The notes under the pieces are model-generated. The model did no database searches and was not told where the DNA came from. It saw only the letters and a program-made list of their open reading frames with translations. 64,000 nt of DNA from Azolla caroliniana (Eukaryota; Plantae; Polypodiophyta), in assembly GCA_043228905.1 (NCBI GenBank), contig JBHGNT010000004.1, positions 7,440,001 through 7,504,000 on the forward strand, in the 5' to 3' direction. The first letter of the stretch is position 1. Each line of letters opens with the position of its first letter. Below are positions 50,131 through 62,972 of the stretch, one piece after another. The translations under genes and the position numbers were made by a program.

Positions 50131-50779
50131 TACAAATAAAACAAAATCAAATTGAGAATAAAAAAAACCGCCTGAAGGTGGCTGGGCGGTTGACCCCCCT
50201 CCCCCCCCCATATAGAAGCCACTCCCATTGTGGCTAAATAGGGGAGAAGGGAAAATAGAGAGGAGGAGAAGGTGAGGAAGACAAAGCCAGTGAAGAAGCT
50301 CGCATTGGTGTGGGATGCAAAGCTCGCCAAAGAAGATGGTGGCCTACATAAATCAAGACAAAAGTTAAATAAAAGAAAAGCAATACAAGAAAAAGAAGGA
50401 GTTAAAGTGGTGTATCTCAAATGCCTCTTCGCCAACAAAAGGTCGTGAGTTTGAACTCTCTCAGAACAACTTCTTTTGGAAAACAAATTTTGTAAGATAA
50501 ACTTGGTATATATAAAGAGAAAGAGAATTAAGTTAATAGAAAATAAAGAGGTTGAAGTGGTCTATTTTAAACACTTCTTTTCGAATAGAGGTTGTGAGTT
50601 TCAGTCTTGCCAAGTACCGTTTGGCAAATAAATATTGTAAGTGGTGTTTTACAAATAAAATTCTTTTCGCGACAATGTTGCATCTATCTTGCCTTCTTGC
50701 CTTCTTGTCATCGCACCATCCACACGATCATCCCCGAGTCACAGAACCCCGACGATTGTGACAATTAACCACAATCTTT

Positions 50780-52461
50780 ATGACAATGTGCACGCATGGA
50801 ACAATGAGTTTTGAGCTAAATGAATATTGCTCATGTTGTCGCAGGTAAGGGGAATCAAATCCTTCATAGGAATGCTGAGATCCTTCAATGTTCTCTTCAG
50901 CCAAACAACTTCACATGCAGCCACAATTGCGCCCATGTATTCGGCATCTGTGCTTGACAATGCGATGGGTGGTTGCTTCTTATTGCTCCATGGCTCCTCT
51001 CCCAATTGACAATATGAAGCCCGAAGTCGATCATCAATCAACTTTGAAATCGGCCCAGTCGGCATCTATATATCCTTCGAGTCGAATTGGCATGACCGAC
51101 TTATAGAGAATGTTGTAGTTCATCATTCCACTGACTTATCATAACACTCGTTGAGCACAATCCAAATGAATATCATGTGGAGTTTGCATGAATTGGCTAA
51201 GGAGGCCGACCGAATAGCTGAGGTCGGGTCGAGTGATCGTGAGATAGATGAGGCTTCCAATAAGTTGTCGATATTGAGTCGGCTCACACTCTTCTGTGCC
51301 TGAGTCGACATTTGGCTTTAGGTTTCGATCAAGAGGGGTTGCCATATACTTACACTTAGTCATCCCGAACTCATATAATAAGTTGAGGATGTAATGTTGT
51401 TGGGAGATGCCACCTAGAATCCGAATTACTTCAATACCTAGGAACTCATATTTTTTGAAGAGGCAGATCTTGACCTAGTTGATGTCAACTAGATGCTCAT
51501 CTCCAATGACCAGATCATCCACGTATAGGATGATGAAAATTGAACTTTCGGAATTTCTTCTTACATATAGAGAGTTGTCGGATTTTGACATTCTGAAGCC
51601 GATTCGATGAAGACAATGTATTATCTTCGAGTGCCATGCTCTGGGTGCTTGTTTGAGGTCATTGAGAGGCTTCTTTAGTCGGAAGACTACTTTCAAATGG
51701 TTGCTAGATTTGAAGTTGGGTGGTTGGACCATGTACACCTTTTCTAATTGGCCTTGTAGAAAGGCGTTCTTTCTATCCATCTGGTGGAGGTGCCACCCTT
51801 TTGCTGCTGCAAGTACAACCATGATTCGAACAATCATCATATTTGCCACCGGGGTTAAGTTCATTTCATAATTGACACCGTGCATTTGTGCGTAGCCTTT
51901 TGCTATGAGTCGGTCTTTATAGAGATTGGCACAATCGTCGCCATTATACTTCACATTGAATATCCATCTGCAGCCAATAGCCTTCTTGTGCGGTGAGTGA
52001 GGGATGAGATCCCATGTCTCGTTCTTATAGAGTGCTTGCATCTCCGCGTTCATCGCTTCGACCCATCATGGATCTTTAGCGGCTTCAGACAAACGTTACG
52101 GTTCTAAAACTTTCACCACCTTCATCATAAAGGCACAATAATATGCGATATAGTCATTGTAGCCATATCGACTAATCGGATTCTTCTCTTAGGTGGAGCG
52201 TCAGAGTTTTTCATTTTCCGTGGCAATGGCTTTCTGCACACCACGTGTGCTCATAATAGGCACATCAAAGCCACCGATCTCACTGTCGAGCGAGTGAGTT
52301 GAGTCGTTGTTGTTAGATTGATAGTCTTCATATTCTGGCATTTTTGCCTTTACTTTGTCCGATTTCGGACTTGGCCGTGAAATGCTTTGCTCGTTTGGAG
52401 GCTCTTGAGGTCCCCTCAATCGGTTGGAGATTGGACTCTCTTTGGATATTAACCTTAGTTG
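50780..52461 (-). pseudogene. Old copia fragment L (D/I/J lineage): linker, RT, RNase H
   Basis: ORFs 52201-52419, 51475-52053 (LYVDDL), 51139-51363 and 50778-51065, homologous to element I. Confidence 0.9.
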
Positions 52462-55400
52462 TGTTGGGAATATGTCCTTCTAGTGGGAGGAACCGTTTGT
52501 TCAGGCTAAGAAGTGCCGACAGTCGAAGACTACGAGGAGCAAACTGGTTAGGCCGAGTACCGATGGTTGAAGAGTCAACTGGTTGAGTCAACAGAAAGGA
52601 GATCCAGGTCGAAGATGCGACCGACTAGTTGGGCCAGCTGGACAATCAACACTAGGGTCAACTGACAGTTACTTATTATTATAGATAATAATAGTAGTGT
52701 TGTGTAGTAGTGGCTACATTTGTAAATAGCCCATACAAGGTATAAGTATAAATACACTTAGGGAAAGTAGTGTTCGCAGAGAGTGAGTGATGTAGAACTG
52801 TGTGTGATCCTCTGTTGTAGAGAACGATAGAGAAGTGTGAGAACAGGAAGAGAGTCTGTGTGAGCGGCGCCATAGCCATGTTCTGTAAGAGCCTTGCGTG
52901 GCTGATACACTCCACAAAGAGAGTGTTGTACTCTAATCCCGTCCTTGTATATCCACTATATGTAGTGAGGCTCTGTTCTCCGTCGTTTTCTCTCCCGAGT
53001 TAGGGTTTCCACGTAAAATATGTGCACATTGTCTTCTGTGTTTCCGAACTGTGTATTTCAACGCATTCCATTATTGTGGATTGATGATTTGTTTCTCAAC
53101 AAACTGGTATCAGAGCTTGAGGTGCAAGCATGGAAGGAGGTGTTCGCGGCTTCCAAGGAATGATAGTTCTAAACTCTCAAAACTATGTAGACTGGAAGAT
53201 AAAGATGGAGGACCTTCTTATAGTCAAAGACTTGTACAAGTCGATCGACAAAGCAGAAATACCCACAGGGGTATTAGAGTCGGAATGGAAACTTCTCAAA
53301 AAAGGCAGTGGCCACCATCCGACTGTGCGTCAATGTAAGTGTCCTTCAGCATGTGACGAACAACACGAATGCCCACAAGATGTGGCAGAAGTTGTCAGGT
53401 CTATATGAGAGGAAGAACGCCCTCAATAAAACCTCACTGATGAGAAAGATCGTACGGATGAAATTCAGAGACAGTGAGAGCATCATCGAACACATCAACA
53501 CATTCATGGGGTATTTAAATCAACTTGTTGCAACCAAGTTTCCCCTCGATGATGCCATGCAGGCCATCTTGTTGATGTGCACACTGTCGGATAGCTAGTA
53601 GAACCTGGTGGTTACTCTCAGCACCTCCAGTCAAGAAGACAACTTGTCTTTACAAGCGGTGAAGACAAACATCCTGAATGAGGAAGCGAGAAGGAAGGAC
53701 AACGGTATTTTTGTCCAGTCGGAGTCAAAATTGGCTCAACACATCGGTAGAGGGAAGGACTAGCAAAGAAGTTCACCTAGGAGAGAAAAGTCTCAAGCCA
53801 GGTCGAAGTCTAGGGGTAAGCTCGTGTGCTTCTATTTTGGAAAACCTGGACACTTCAAGAAGGACTGCCGACACACGAGGAAGGACAAAAGTGTCGATAA
53901 TGGTGTCGAACCCAGGAAGATTCCTGATGAAAAGGGCACTTCAGCCATTGCTACGAGCAATGAAGAATTGATGTTCATTTGCGAACAGGCAAGTGCAAAC
54001 CTTGAGAGAGAAGAATGCACTTGGGTGGTCGACTCCGGTGCATCCTTTCACACAACTCCATCATGAGAGTATTTCTCGACTTACATAGCCGGTGACCATG
54101 GTTATGTAAAAATGGGTGACAGTCGGCAATGCAGGGTAGCCGGAATCAAAAGTGTCTGCCTGATGACGTCGACAAGGTGTAGGCTAACTCTGAAGGATGT
54201 TCGACATGTCCCCGATATCAGATTGAATCTGATATCGACTGGAAGACTAGACAATGAAGGATACAATGGTAGTTTTCGGAATGGCAAGTGGAAGTTTTGC
54301 CGAGGAAATCTTATAGTGGCCCGAGCACAGAAGGAAGGCACATTGTATATGAATGTGGCAGCCGACTCGGCATGACAGATATCGCATAAGAGGCTAGGCC
54401 ACATGACTGAGAAGGGACTGCATTTGTTGGCCAATGAGAGGCTTCTACCAAAGGTAAAGGGAATGCACCTGGAGAACTGTGTCGATTGTTTAGTCAAAAA
54501 GTAGAACAAAGCAGCATTCCACTCTAGACCACCAAGGAGAAGAGAAGTGCCACTGGAACTAGTACACACGGATGTGTGCTATATAGATGCTCCGTCACAC
54601 TGAGGCGGACAATACTTTGTAACCTTTATCGATGACTATAGTCGGAAGTTGTGCGCTTTTGTATTAAAGTCAAAAGATCAAGTACTTTTGTTCTTCAAGG
54701 AGTTCCCGACAAAAGCCGAACGGGAGTCAGATCAGAAGTTGAAGGCTGTCCGAACCGAAAATGGTGGCGAATATAAAGGGCACCTCGAAGGTAGGCCTAA
54801 GGTATGGTGTCGGGGGATGTAGATTCAATCCGATCCACGTTAGGGTACGTGATGACCTATGCAAGGGGAGCAGTGTTACGGGCATGACCATATAATATCC
54901 CGTGGTGAGAATTTACTGTAGTATTCTAGCCACGTGGATAAGTGTGAGGGTTAAATGAGTGTGTAAAGAAGGGGAAGATTACTTTTAATCCTCGAGATTG
55001 AGACAACCCATTAGGCCAAGTGTGAACTTGCCTGGGGGCCTTGGGTATCGCTATAAATAAGAGGCCTAGCTACCCTCATTTCATCATCTTGTTGACTACG
55101 TCGAGACTTTGTTTTGTGGTGGGTCAACTCTTGTAGCGAGTGCGCCAGCACCAGGTACGACTCGACGCCACGACGGTGGTATGGGACGCCGATCGAGGCT
55201 CGAGTCTGTCTCGATCCCTTCGCTCAGGGGTGGTCGGGTGGATTGACACCCTTCATTCTCTCTCTCCTTTCTATCTATCTATCAATATTCTATCCTTATC
55301 TAATGCTTACATTAGTTCATGTCTCTAATAGTTGGTATCAGAGCCTATGTTCTAATGTTTCTTTTGTTCTCTTTTGTTTTGTTGATTGATGGTGATCGAT

Positions 55401-55579
55401 CGATGTGCGGCCGGCTTTGATCCAGATAACGATCAACAAAGGAACTTCGATAACTCTTTCCTTCTTCTTTTTTCTATTTTTTCTTCTCCCATCTAATCAT
55501 GTGTATAGTCTATATGTAATTGTTTTCATTAATTTAATGATGTTGTAGTGGTAATTAATTGGTTGTATGAAACGTTTAC

Positions 55580-55790
55580 ATATGTGCACGAGGTCAATAC
55601 CTCATTTGACATATATTTAATATGTGATTAGTGTCGTATGCGTACGAGGTTAATACCTCAATTGCGTATTACACTCATATACATATGTTACGTATGCATA
55701 TGAGGTCAATACCTCGATTTCGTTGTAAATGATATGTATTTGGTGACGTATGCGTATGAGGTCAATACCTCAATTGCGTATTACAATTAA
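55580..55790 (+). repeat. 56-bp-period repeat with palindromic core in the 5' leader of N
   Basis: GAGGT(C/T)AATACCTC at 55590, 55646, 55702 and 55758. Confidence 0.9.
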
Positions 55791-58700
55791 CCCTTATTTT
55801 TGGATGTTTCGTGTGCGTAGATGCTACATGCCTCGATTACGTGTCTCGATTTCATCATATGTTGGCTATTTGATGTTACGATTTTTTTTAATATGTACAC
55901 ATATGTGGTCATATGTATACGCATTTGATCGTATACATGTGATAAATAAACATATGTCTATATTTGATATTACGTGATCTTTATATCAAATGTTTTCCTT
56001 TTCGGGGAAAGGATCTTGGTGGCCGTCCTCACATTTTTGTAAGAATGACGTTCTCACCATCCCTTTTTTCAACAATTTTTTATTGTTGACATTCCCGTTG
56101 GTGACTTCGATTTTATTACGTAAAGAAATGCCTATAGCCACAATGATGTCGACAACGTAGGGCTTGACCCACTTCATGTGAGGTCGCTCCTATGACACAC
56201 ATATCCAACATCCCTCCCTCGTTACATGGATAGGATGCCACCAGGAGATCATTCTTACGAAAGGCATTCATAATGACGTAACCATGTGATGGGCCACATG
56301 GGCCTACTACGAAAAGAGGGCTCATTTGGCTTGACCATTAGGTTGCACTTCAGCGTATGCCATCGTAATTACGAGACTTGAGGTTAGGTAACATACTGGA
56401 ACATAATTTGTAGTAAACGAGGGGGAAATAAGGACTCTTGACATATATGTTTCTTTTAAAAAAACATATATGGGAAAATGCCTCGCATATCTCTTATACG
56501 CATGAAGCATTAAACATTCAAGAAGAGCAACCTACTTGGTTGGCTCAAGTGTTTAATGCATTTGTTCTCGAGGTCTCGAGTTCAAATCTGATCAGGACCA
56601 TACAACATCGTTGATACATATCACTATAACACATGTTTAAACTTGAGGTCTAAGTGCATTTCGGGGTCCTCGTAATAGGACTTAAAGAGCCGAAACCACA
56701 TATGTGGGCACAGAAACATAGTTTATTGTTAACATTTTTTTCGTGTATAAACTACTCATGACACAAACATACATGGTTGAGCCTTGGGGAGCCACCATGA
56801 AAAAATCGATACAAAGATCAAGGAAAGACATTAATTTGTCACCCCCATGGTTTTTAAAACACCTTTGTGTTACCATGTAACCTGATCTTGAACCTCATCT
56901 CATACATCTACAGGGGTAATGACGTGAGATCATTATATTGATTAATATTTGCCCATGATATGTTTATATCACGACATGATGTTATGACTATTTGTCTGAC
57001 CTTATCCTATTTCTGTGCCAGAAATAACCATTCAATGGCTCAAAATAACGACCCGATGTCATCCGCTCAAGTGGAAGGAACTCAAGGAAATCCTCCTGGA
57101 CAAATGTCCATTGAGATGTATTTTTCGCAAATAACCCAATACCTCAGTTTCACCGCTCAACAGATGACCGAATTTCAACAATCTCAAAGTGCGCTCCAGG
57201 CACGTGTCATTAGTTTACAACGAGAGACTAATAGACCTGATGAGCGACATGGTGAGCCATCGTTTGTCGTTAAGCCATTTACGGGAGAAAAAAAGGAAAG
57301 AACCGAAGAAGCAATCTGCACGTAGCTGGGCCGATGGGAGTCTCATTTTGAGCTCTATCCCATGCCAAATAGTACGAAGATTGCATATGTCGGCCGAGAA
57401 CTAGGGGGTAAGGACGCCGCGTGGTGGTGTGGGCTCCGTACTTTGGGGAAATTGCCCGATACCTAGACAGATTTTGTCACAGTTTTTAAGGGCCAATTTC
57501 TACAACCTCCCTCTCGAACCGAGGCAGCTCAAGCTTTAATGAACCTCTCTAGCAGGATGTTTTCCTCACTAGAATACTATGTCCAGCATGTTAGAACCCA
57601 AATCCAAAAATCAAGTCTAGAAGGGGACAATTGGTTAATAAATAGATTGTTTTGTCAGTGGCATCCCCAATTTGAACTATCACTGGATAGTGCACGATAA
57701 GAATCCAAAATCCTTTGAAGAGGCTGTTCAAATAGTTCTTCACTATCAACACACTTCGAAGGAGGACCACAACAAACCCAACAAAGCACCCTGGACTAAG
57801 CAGTCGCAATTCTCTGGGAAACGCAAGACACCTAATGAATTCATGGATCACGATTGTAAGCAACAACATCCTTTTTGCATATTCTGCAAAAAGAAGGGTC
57901 ATACAAAAGACCAATGTCGAAAGCTCCAACAGAAAGAGTACGACAACAAAGCTAAAGCTGCAGACCATAAAGGTCAGATTTCTAATGTCCTTTAGGTCTA
58001 TACACATCATTTAAGTAATTGTCAAGTTCTTTCCCTCACTATGTAATGGGTCCCAATGATTTACTACGTGCAAACGGGTATATCAATGGATCTCCCGTAC
58101 AATTTTTGTTTGATTCGGGAAGCTCACACAACTTTGTGAATGATCGTTTGGTTCAGATATGGGGAATCCAACCCACCATAAGTGATCACACCTATACAGT
58201 GCACTTGGTTGATGGAAGAGTACAATACATCAACGGGGCGATTCATTCATTGGGAATTTTGTATTGATACTTATATAGAGGAAGTAGACTTCCATGTAAT
58301 GAATCTTTGTACCACTGATGTAATATTGGGTTATCCCTAGTTCTATAATAAAAACTCTTCTTTATCTATTGATTGGGTTCATCATTCAATAACATTTGTA
58401 CTGAACAATTGTACTCATTTTATTCAATGTGTAAAAAAACAATCCCTCTCGATTTTTTCCTCTCCATCAATATCTGAGTTGTCTTGTTCTACTCTATTTT
58501 ATTGTGTACTTGATCCGGACATTCACGTTTACAATATCAATAATGTCTTGGTTCAATTAACATATTTTGAACAACAACAACTTGATAAAATCTTAAATGA
58601 TTTTCCTGATGTTTTTCTATGTGAACTACCAGATGGGTTACCTCCTAAACATAATATAGACCATCATATAGATATTGTACCTGGCGTTGCACCAATAAGT

Positions 58701-59279
58701 ATAACTCCTTATCGCTTAAGTCGATCCGAAGAGAATGAGGTATCTAAGCAACTCAAGGACTATTTACGAATGGGTTATATACATTATAGTAAATCTCCAT
58801 GGGGTGCACTAGTTCTCTTGGTTAAAAAGAAAGAGGGCACATGGCGTATGTGTATTAATTACCGACGCTTAAATAAAGTGACGATCAAGAATTCGTATCC
58901 ATTGCCCCGGGCTAACGATCTAATTGACCATCTCTAGGGAGCTCAGTATTTTACGAAACTTGATCTCCGTACTGGCTACCATCAAATACGTATAAGTGAG
59001 GAAGATGTTCCTAAAATGGCATTTCGTATGCGCTATGGCCATTATGAGTTTTTGGTTATGCCTTTTGGTTTGACCAATGCTCCGACTATATTTCAACAAG
59101 AAATGAATGACATTTTCCGAGACAACTTGGAAAATTTGTCGTTATTTTCTTGGATGATATTTTAGTTTATAGCCGTACATTACAAGAACATGCTAAACAT
59201 GTCCGCTTTCTTTTACAAACATTGCGTGACAAACAATTTTATGCGAAGATCTCAAAATGTGAGTTCTTCAAGAAATCAA

Positions 59280-59868
59280 TTACTTATCTTGGACATCTCA
59301 TAACCGAACGAGGAGTTAAAATTGATCCTTCTCGCATCGAGAAAATCAAGCTTTGGCCCACTCTTCGGAACATTCGAGAAGTTCGATCATTCCTTGGTTT
59401 TGTCGAGTTTTTGCGAAAATCCCTTCATAATTACTCCCAATTGACGACGCCGTTTACTGATCTTTTAAAAGGTCAAACGTGTAAGTCTACAAAACCTATT
59501 GTCTGGAATACTACACTAGACCTCGCCTTTAAGGAACTCAAGGACCTAGTGTGGAAGGCTCCATCACTTCTTTTACTTATCTTGGACATCTCATAACCAA
59601 ACGAGGAGTTGAAATTGATCCTTCTCGTATCGAGAAAATCAAGCTTTGGCCCACTCTTCGGAACATTCGAGAAGTTTGATCATTCCTTGGTTTTGTAGGG
59701 TTTTTGCGAAAATCCCTTCGTAATTACTCCCAATTGACGACGCCGTTTACTGATCTTCTAAAAGGTCAAACGTGTAAGTCTAAAAAACCTATTGTCTAGA
59801 ATACTACACTAGACCTCGCCTTTAAGGAACTCAAGGACCTGGTGTGCAAGGCTCCTTCACTTCTTTTA
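59280..59868. repeat. 293-bp tandem duplication in the RT/connection region of N
   Basis: TACTTATCTTGGACATCTCATAACC at 59281 and 59574; the copies are near-identical and the duplication shifts the frame. Confidence 0.93.
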
Positions 59869-61499
59869 CCCGATCCTTCAAAACCTTTTGAGGTTGAAAC
59901 CAATGCAAGTGATTATGCTATAGGTGTTGTCTTATATCAAGATGGTAAACCAATAGCATTCGAGAGTAAGAAACTTGATTCTGCTCAATGTCAGTATACC
60001 GTTCAAGAAAAGGAATTATTTGCAGTTATACATGCACTCAAAACATGGTGCCATTATCTTTATGGAAATCGTTTTGTGGTAACTATGGACCCCGAGTCCT
60101 TGAAATATTTTTGTGACCAACAAGACCTGAAAGGTCGTAAGGCACAATGGGCTGATCTCATCCAAGACTTTGATTTTTCCATACGATATCGTAAAGGTTC
60201 CATGACCACTGTCGTTGATGCACTAAGTCGCATCTGTGAAGTTAACATGCTTAGCTTCATTAAAATAACATCAGATCTTTATGATCACCTTCGAGGAAAG
60301 TATCCTGATGACAGTTATTTTGCAAAATATTGGGCAAGAGTTGAGTCTGGAATAGACACCATCACATCCTTGAAGGAATACTTCCACATTGCTAACGGTC
60401 TGCTCTACTATAATGGGAAGGTTTGTGTTCCAGATTTGCCTGAGGTCAAAAAGAGAATTATTTTTGAATGCCATGATGCACCCTCAGCAGGGCACCCTGG
60501 AATACATCGTACACTTAGGAATACAATGTCACCAATGGCAGGTTAACAAAGCCGAGCGACTTAAAGCCGCATCCCATGGACATTCCCAATAATAAGTGGG
60601 ACAATATATCCATGGATTTTATTGTTAGCCTTCCTCACACCCAAAAAGGCCATGATGCCATCTAGGTTGTGGTTGATAGACTAACTAAAATGACCAGATT
60701 TATTGCTACTAAAACCACGGTAACAGCTCCTGAATTGGCTTACCAATTCGTTGACGAGTTATTTCGTTTTTATGGGTTACCGATGGATATCATGAGTGAT
60801 CGAGATCCAAAATTTACTAGTGACTTCTGGATGCAAGTCTTTAAGAAGTTAGAAACTACGTTGAGCATGAGCTCCACGGATCATCCTCAATCTGATGGAC
60901 AAACAGAACGAGTAAATCAAATTATTGAGGACATGCTTCGAGCATACGTTGGTACTAAACCAACAAAATGGGAACGTTATCTCCCAATTTTGGAGTTTGC
61001 TTATAACAGCTCCAAGCATACGTCGACGGGATATAGTCCTTTTAAGTTGATGTATGGTTTTCAACCACGAGCCCCGATTCATGTTAATATACATCATGAT
61101 GAGTTGCGAAGTACGCAAAACTTTCTTCGGGATATGCAAGATATGTTGCATGTTGCACGAGATAATATAAAAACAGCTCAAGATAGAGTGCATTTTTGTG
61201 CCGATCATAATAGGCAACCTCATGTATTCAACCCTGGACAGAAGGTATTTTTACGTGTACCTCACGATTCTAAGACATTGTCTAAGGGTAAGTGTGCTAA
61301 GTTAGCCCCACGGTTTTGTGGACCTTTTACAGTCCTCAAATGCATTGGGTCATCGGCCTATTGTCTCACTCTTTCCGAAGGTGTTGAAATTCATCCAGTT
61401 TTTCATGTGAGTCGTTTAAAAGAACTTCTCAGTTCTTGCGACAATACAGTTACAACTGAAACTCTGGTTACTTCTAAAGAATTATCTTCTAAACCACAT

Positions 61500-61650
61500 G
61501 TACCAGAAAGAATTCTCGATGATAAAACAAAAAAATTACGTACTAAAGAAATCTGAGAATTTAAAATAAAATGGATGGATAAATTAATATAAGATGCCAC
61601 ATGGGAACGCGAAAATACTCTCAGAACTAACTTCCCTAACTTTCCATTGC
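61500..61650 (+). pseudogene. Chromodomain at the integrase C-terminus of N
   Basis: PERILD..KEI*EFKIKWMDKLI*DATWERENTLRTNFP matches the chromovirus xKW..xTWE pattern. Confidence 0.82.
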
Positions 61651-62972
61651 AAGACTGCAATGTTTTAAAGAGGGGGAGTATGTTATGGGCATGACCATAT
61701 AATATCCCGTGGTGAGAATTTACCGTAGTATTCTAGCCACGTGGATAAGTGTGAGGGTTAAACAAGTGTGTAAAGAAGGGGAGGATTACTTTTAATCCTC
61801 GGGATTGAGACAACCCATTAGGCCAAGTGTGAACTTGCCTAGGGGCCTTGGGTATCGCTATAAATAAGAGGCCCAGCTACCCTCATTTCATCATCTTGTT
61901 GACTACGTCGAGACTCTATCTTGTGGTGGGTCAACTCTTGTAGCGAGCGCGCCAGCACCAGGTACGACTCGACGCCACGGCGGTGGTATGGGACGCCGAT
62001 CAAGGCTCGAGTCCGTCTCGATCCCTTCGCTCGGGGGTAGTCGGGTGGATTGACACCCTTCTTTCTCTCTCTCCTTTCTATCTATCTATCTATATTCTAT
62101 CCTTACCTAATGCTTACATTAGTTCATGTCTCTAATAAGCAATGTTGTGGCAGTCATGATTGTAGAAGTCTATGGCCTTGTCAACCACAAAAGCAAACTA
62201 TATGGCAGCGGTAGAGGCCGACAACGAGCTGATTTGGATGAGAGACTTTCTCAGCGAGTTGGGAATGAAGCAAAGGTATTTCTTGCTTTGTTTTGACAGC
62301 CATAGTGCCATACACCTAGCCAAGAATGTTGCATACCAGTTTTGGACCAAGCACATACAGAGAAGGTATCGCTGGTTGCGGGAGAAAGTCGAAGAGGGAG
62401 AGTTTAACCTCGTGAAGATCCATATTGACAACAATGGATCTAACATGCTGACAAAGAACCTACCGATGGACAAACTCAGAGTCTGTCGATAGAGGACAAG
62501 AATAATAGACCCCTCCCCACAGGAGTGAAGGAGGAGTTTGTTCCGAATATGTCCCTCCAGTGGGAGGAACCAATTGTTCACGCTAAGAAGTGCTGACAGT
62601 CGAAGACTACGAGGAGCAAACTGCTCGGGCCGAGTACCAATGGTTGAAGAGTCGACTGTGAGAAAGTCAACTATGAGAGTTGACTAGGTGAGTCAATAGA
62701 AAGGAGATCCAGGTCGAAGACGTGACTGACTAATCCGGACGGCTGGACAATCAACACTAGGGTCGACTGATGGCTACTTATTATTATAGATAATAATAGT
62801 AGTGTTGTGTAGTAATGGCTACATTTGTAAATAGCCCATACAAGGTATAAGTATAAATACACTTAGGGCAAGTAGTGTTCGCAGAGAATGAGTGATGCAG
62901 AACTGTGTGTGATCCTTTGTTGTAGAGAACGATAGAGAAGTGTGAGAACAGGAAGAGAGTCTGTGTGAGCGG

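Larger units (their letters stand above)
54874..62137 (+). mobile_element. Full-length Ty3/gypsy chromovirus N, decayed
   Basis: 457-bp LTRs at 54874-55330 and 61681-62137 (about 20 mismatches by eye); TSD AGCAG/AGCAA; PBS 55333-55344; gag with CIFCKKKGHTKDQC; protease LFDSGSSH; [10 protein letters not shown]; RNase H; integrase; PPT 61668-61680. Confidence 0.96.
52462..62972 (+). mobile_element. Ty1/copia element M (Tnt1/Tto1-like), RT deleted, interrupted by N and O
   Basis: 5' LTR 52462-53101; PBS 53105-53116; gag from 53130; WVVDSGASFH. Integrase jumps to RNase H at ~54785 and coding resumes at 62143. PPT ~62523-62538; 3' LTR from 62539, cut at 62972. Confidence 0.92.

Noticed and set aside
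55580-55790. CRISPR array (palindromic repeat with constant spacing)
   Set aside because: Eukaryotic retrotransposon leader, no cas genes, repeats are imperfect, and the intervals are related to one another in alternation rather than being unique spacers.
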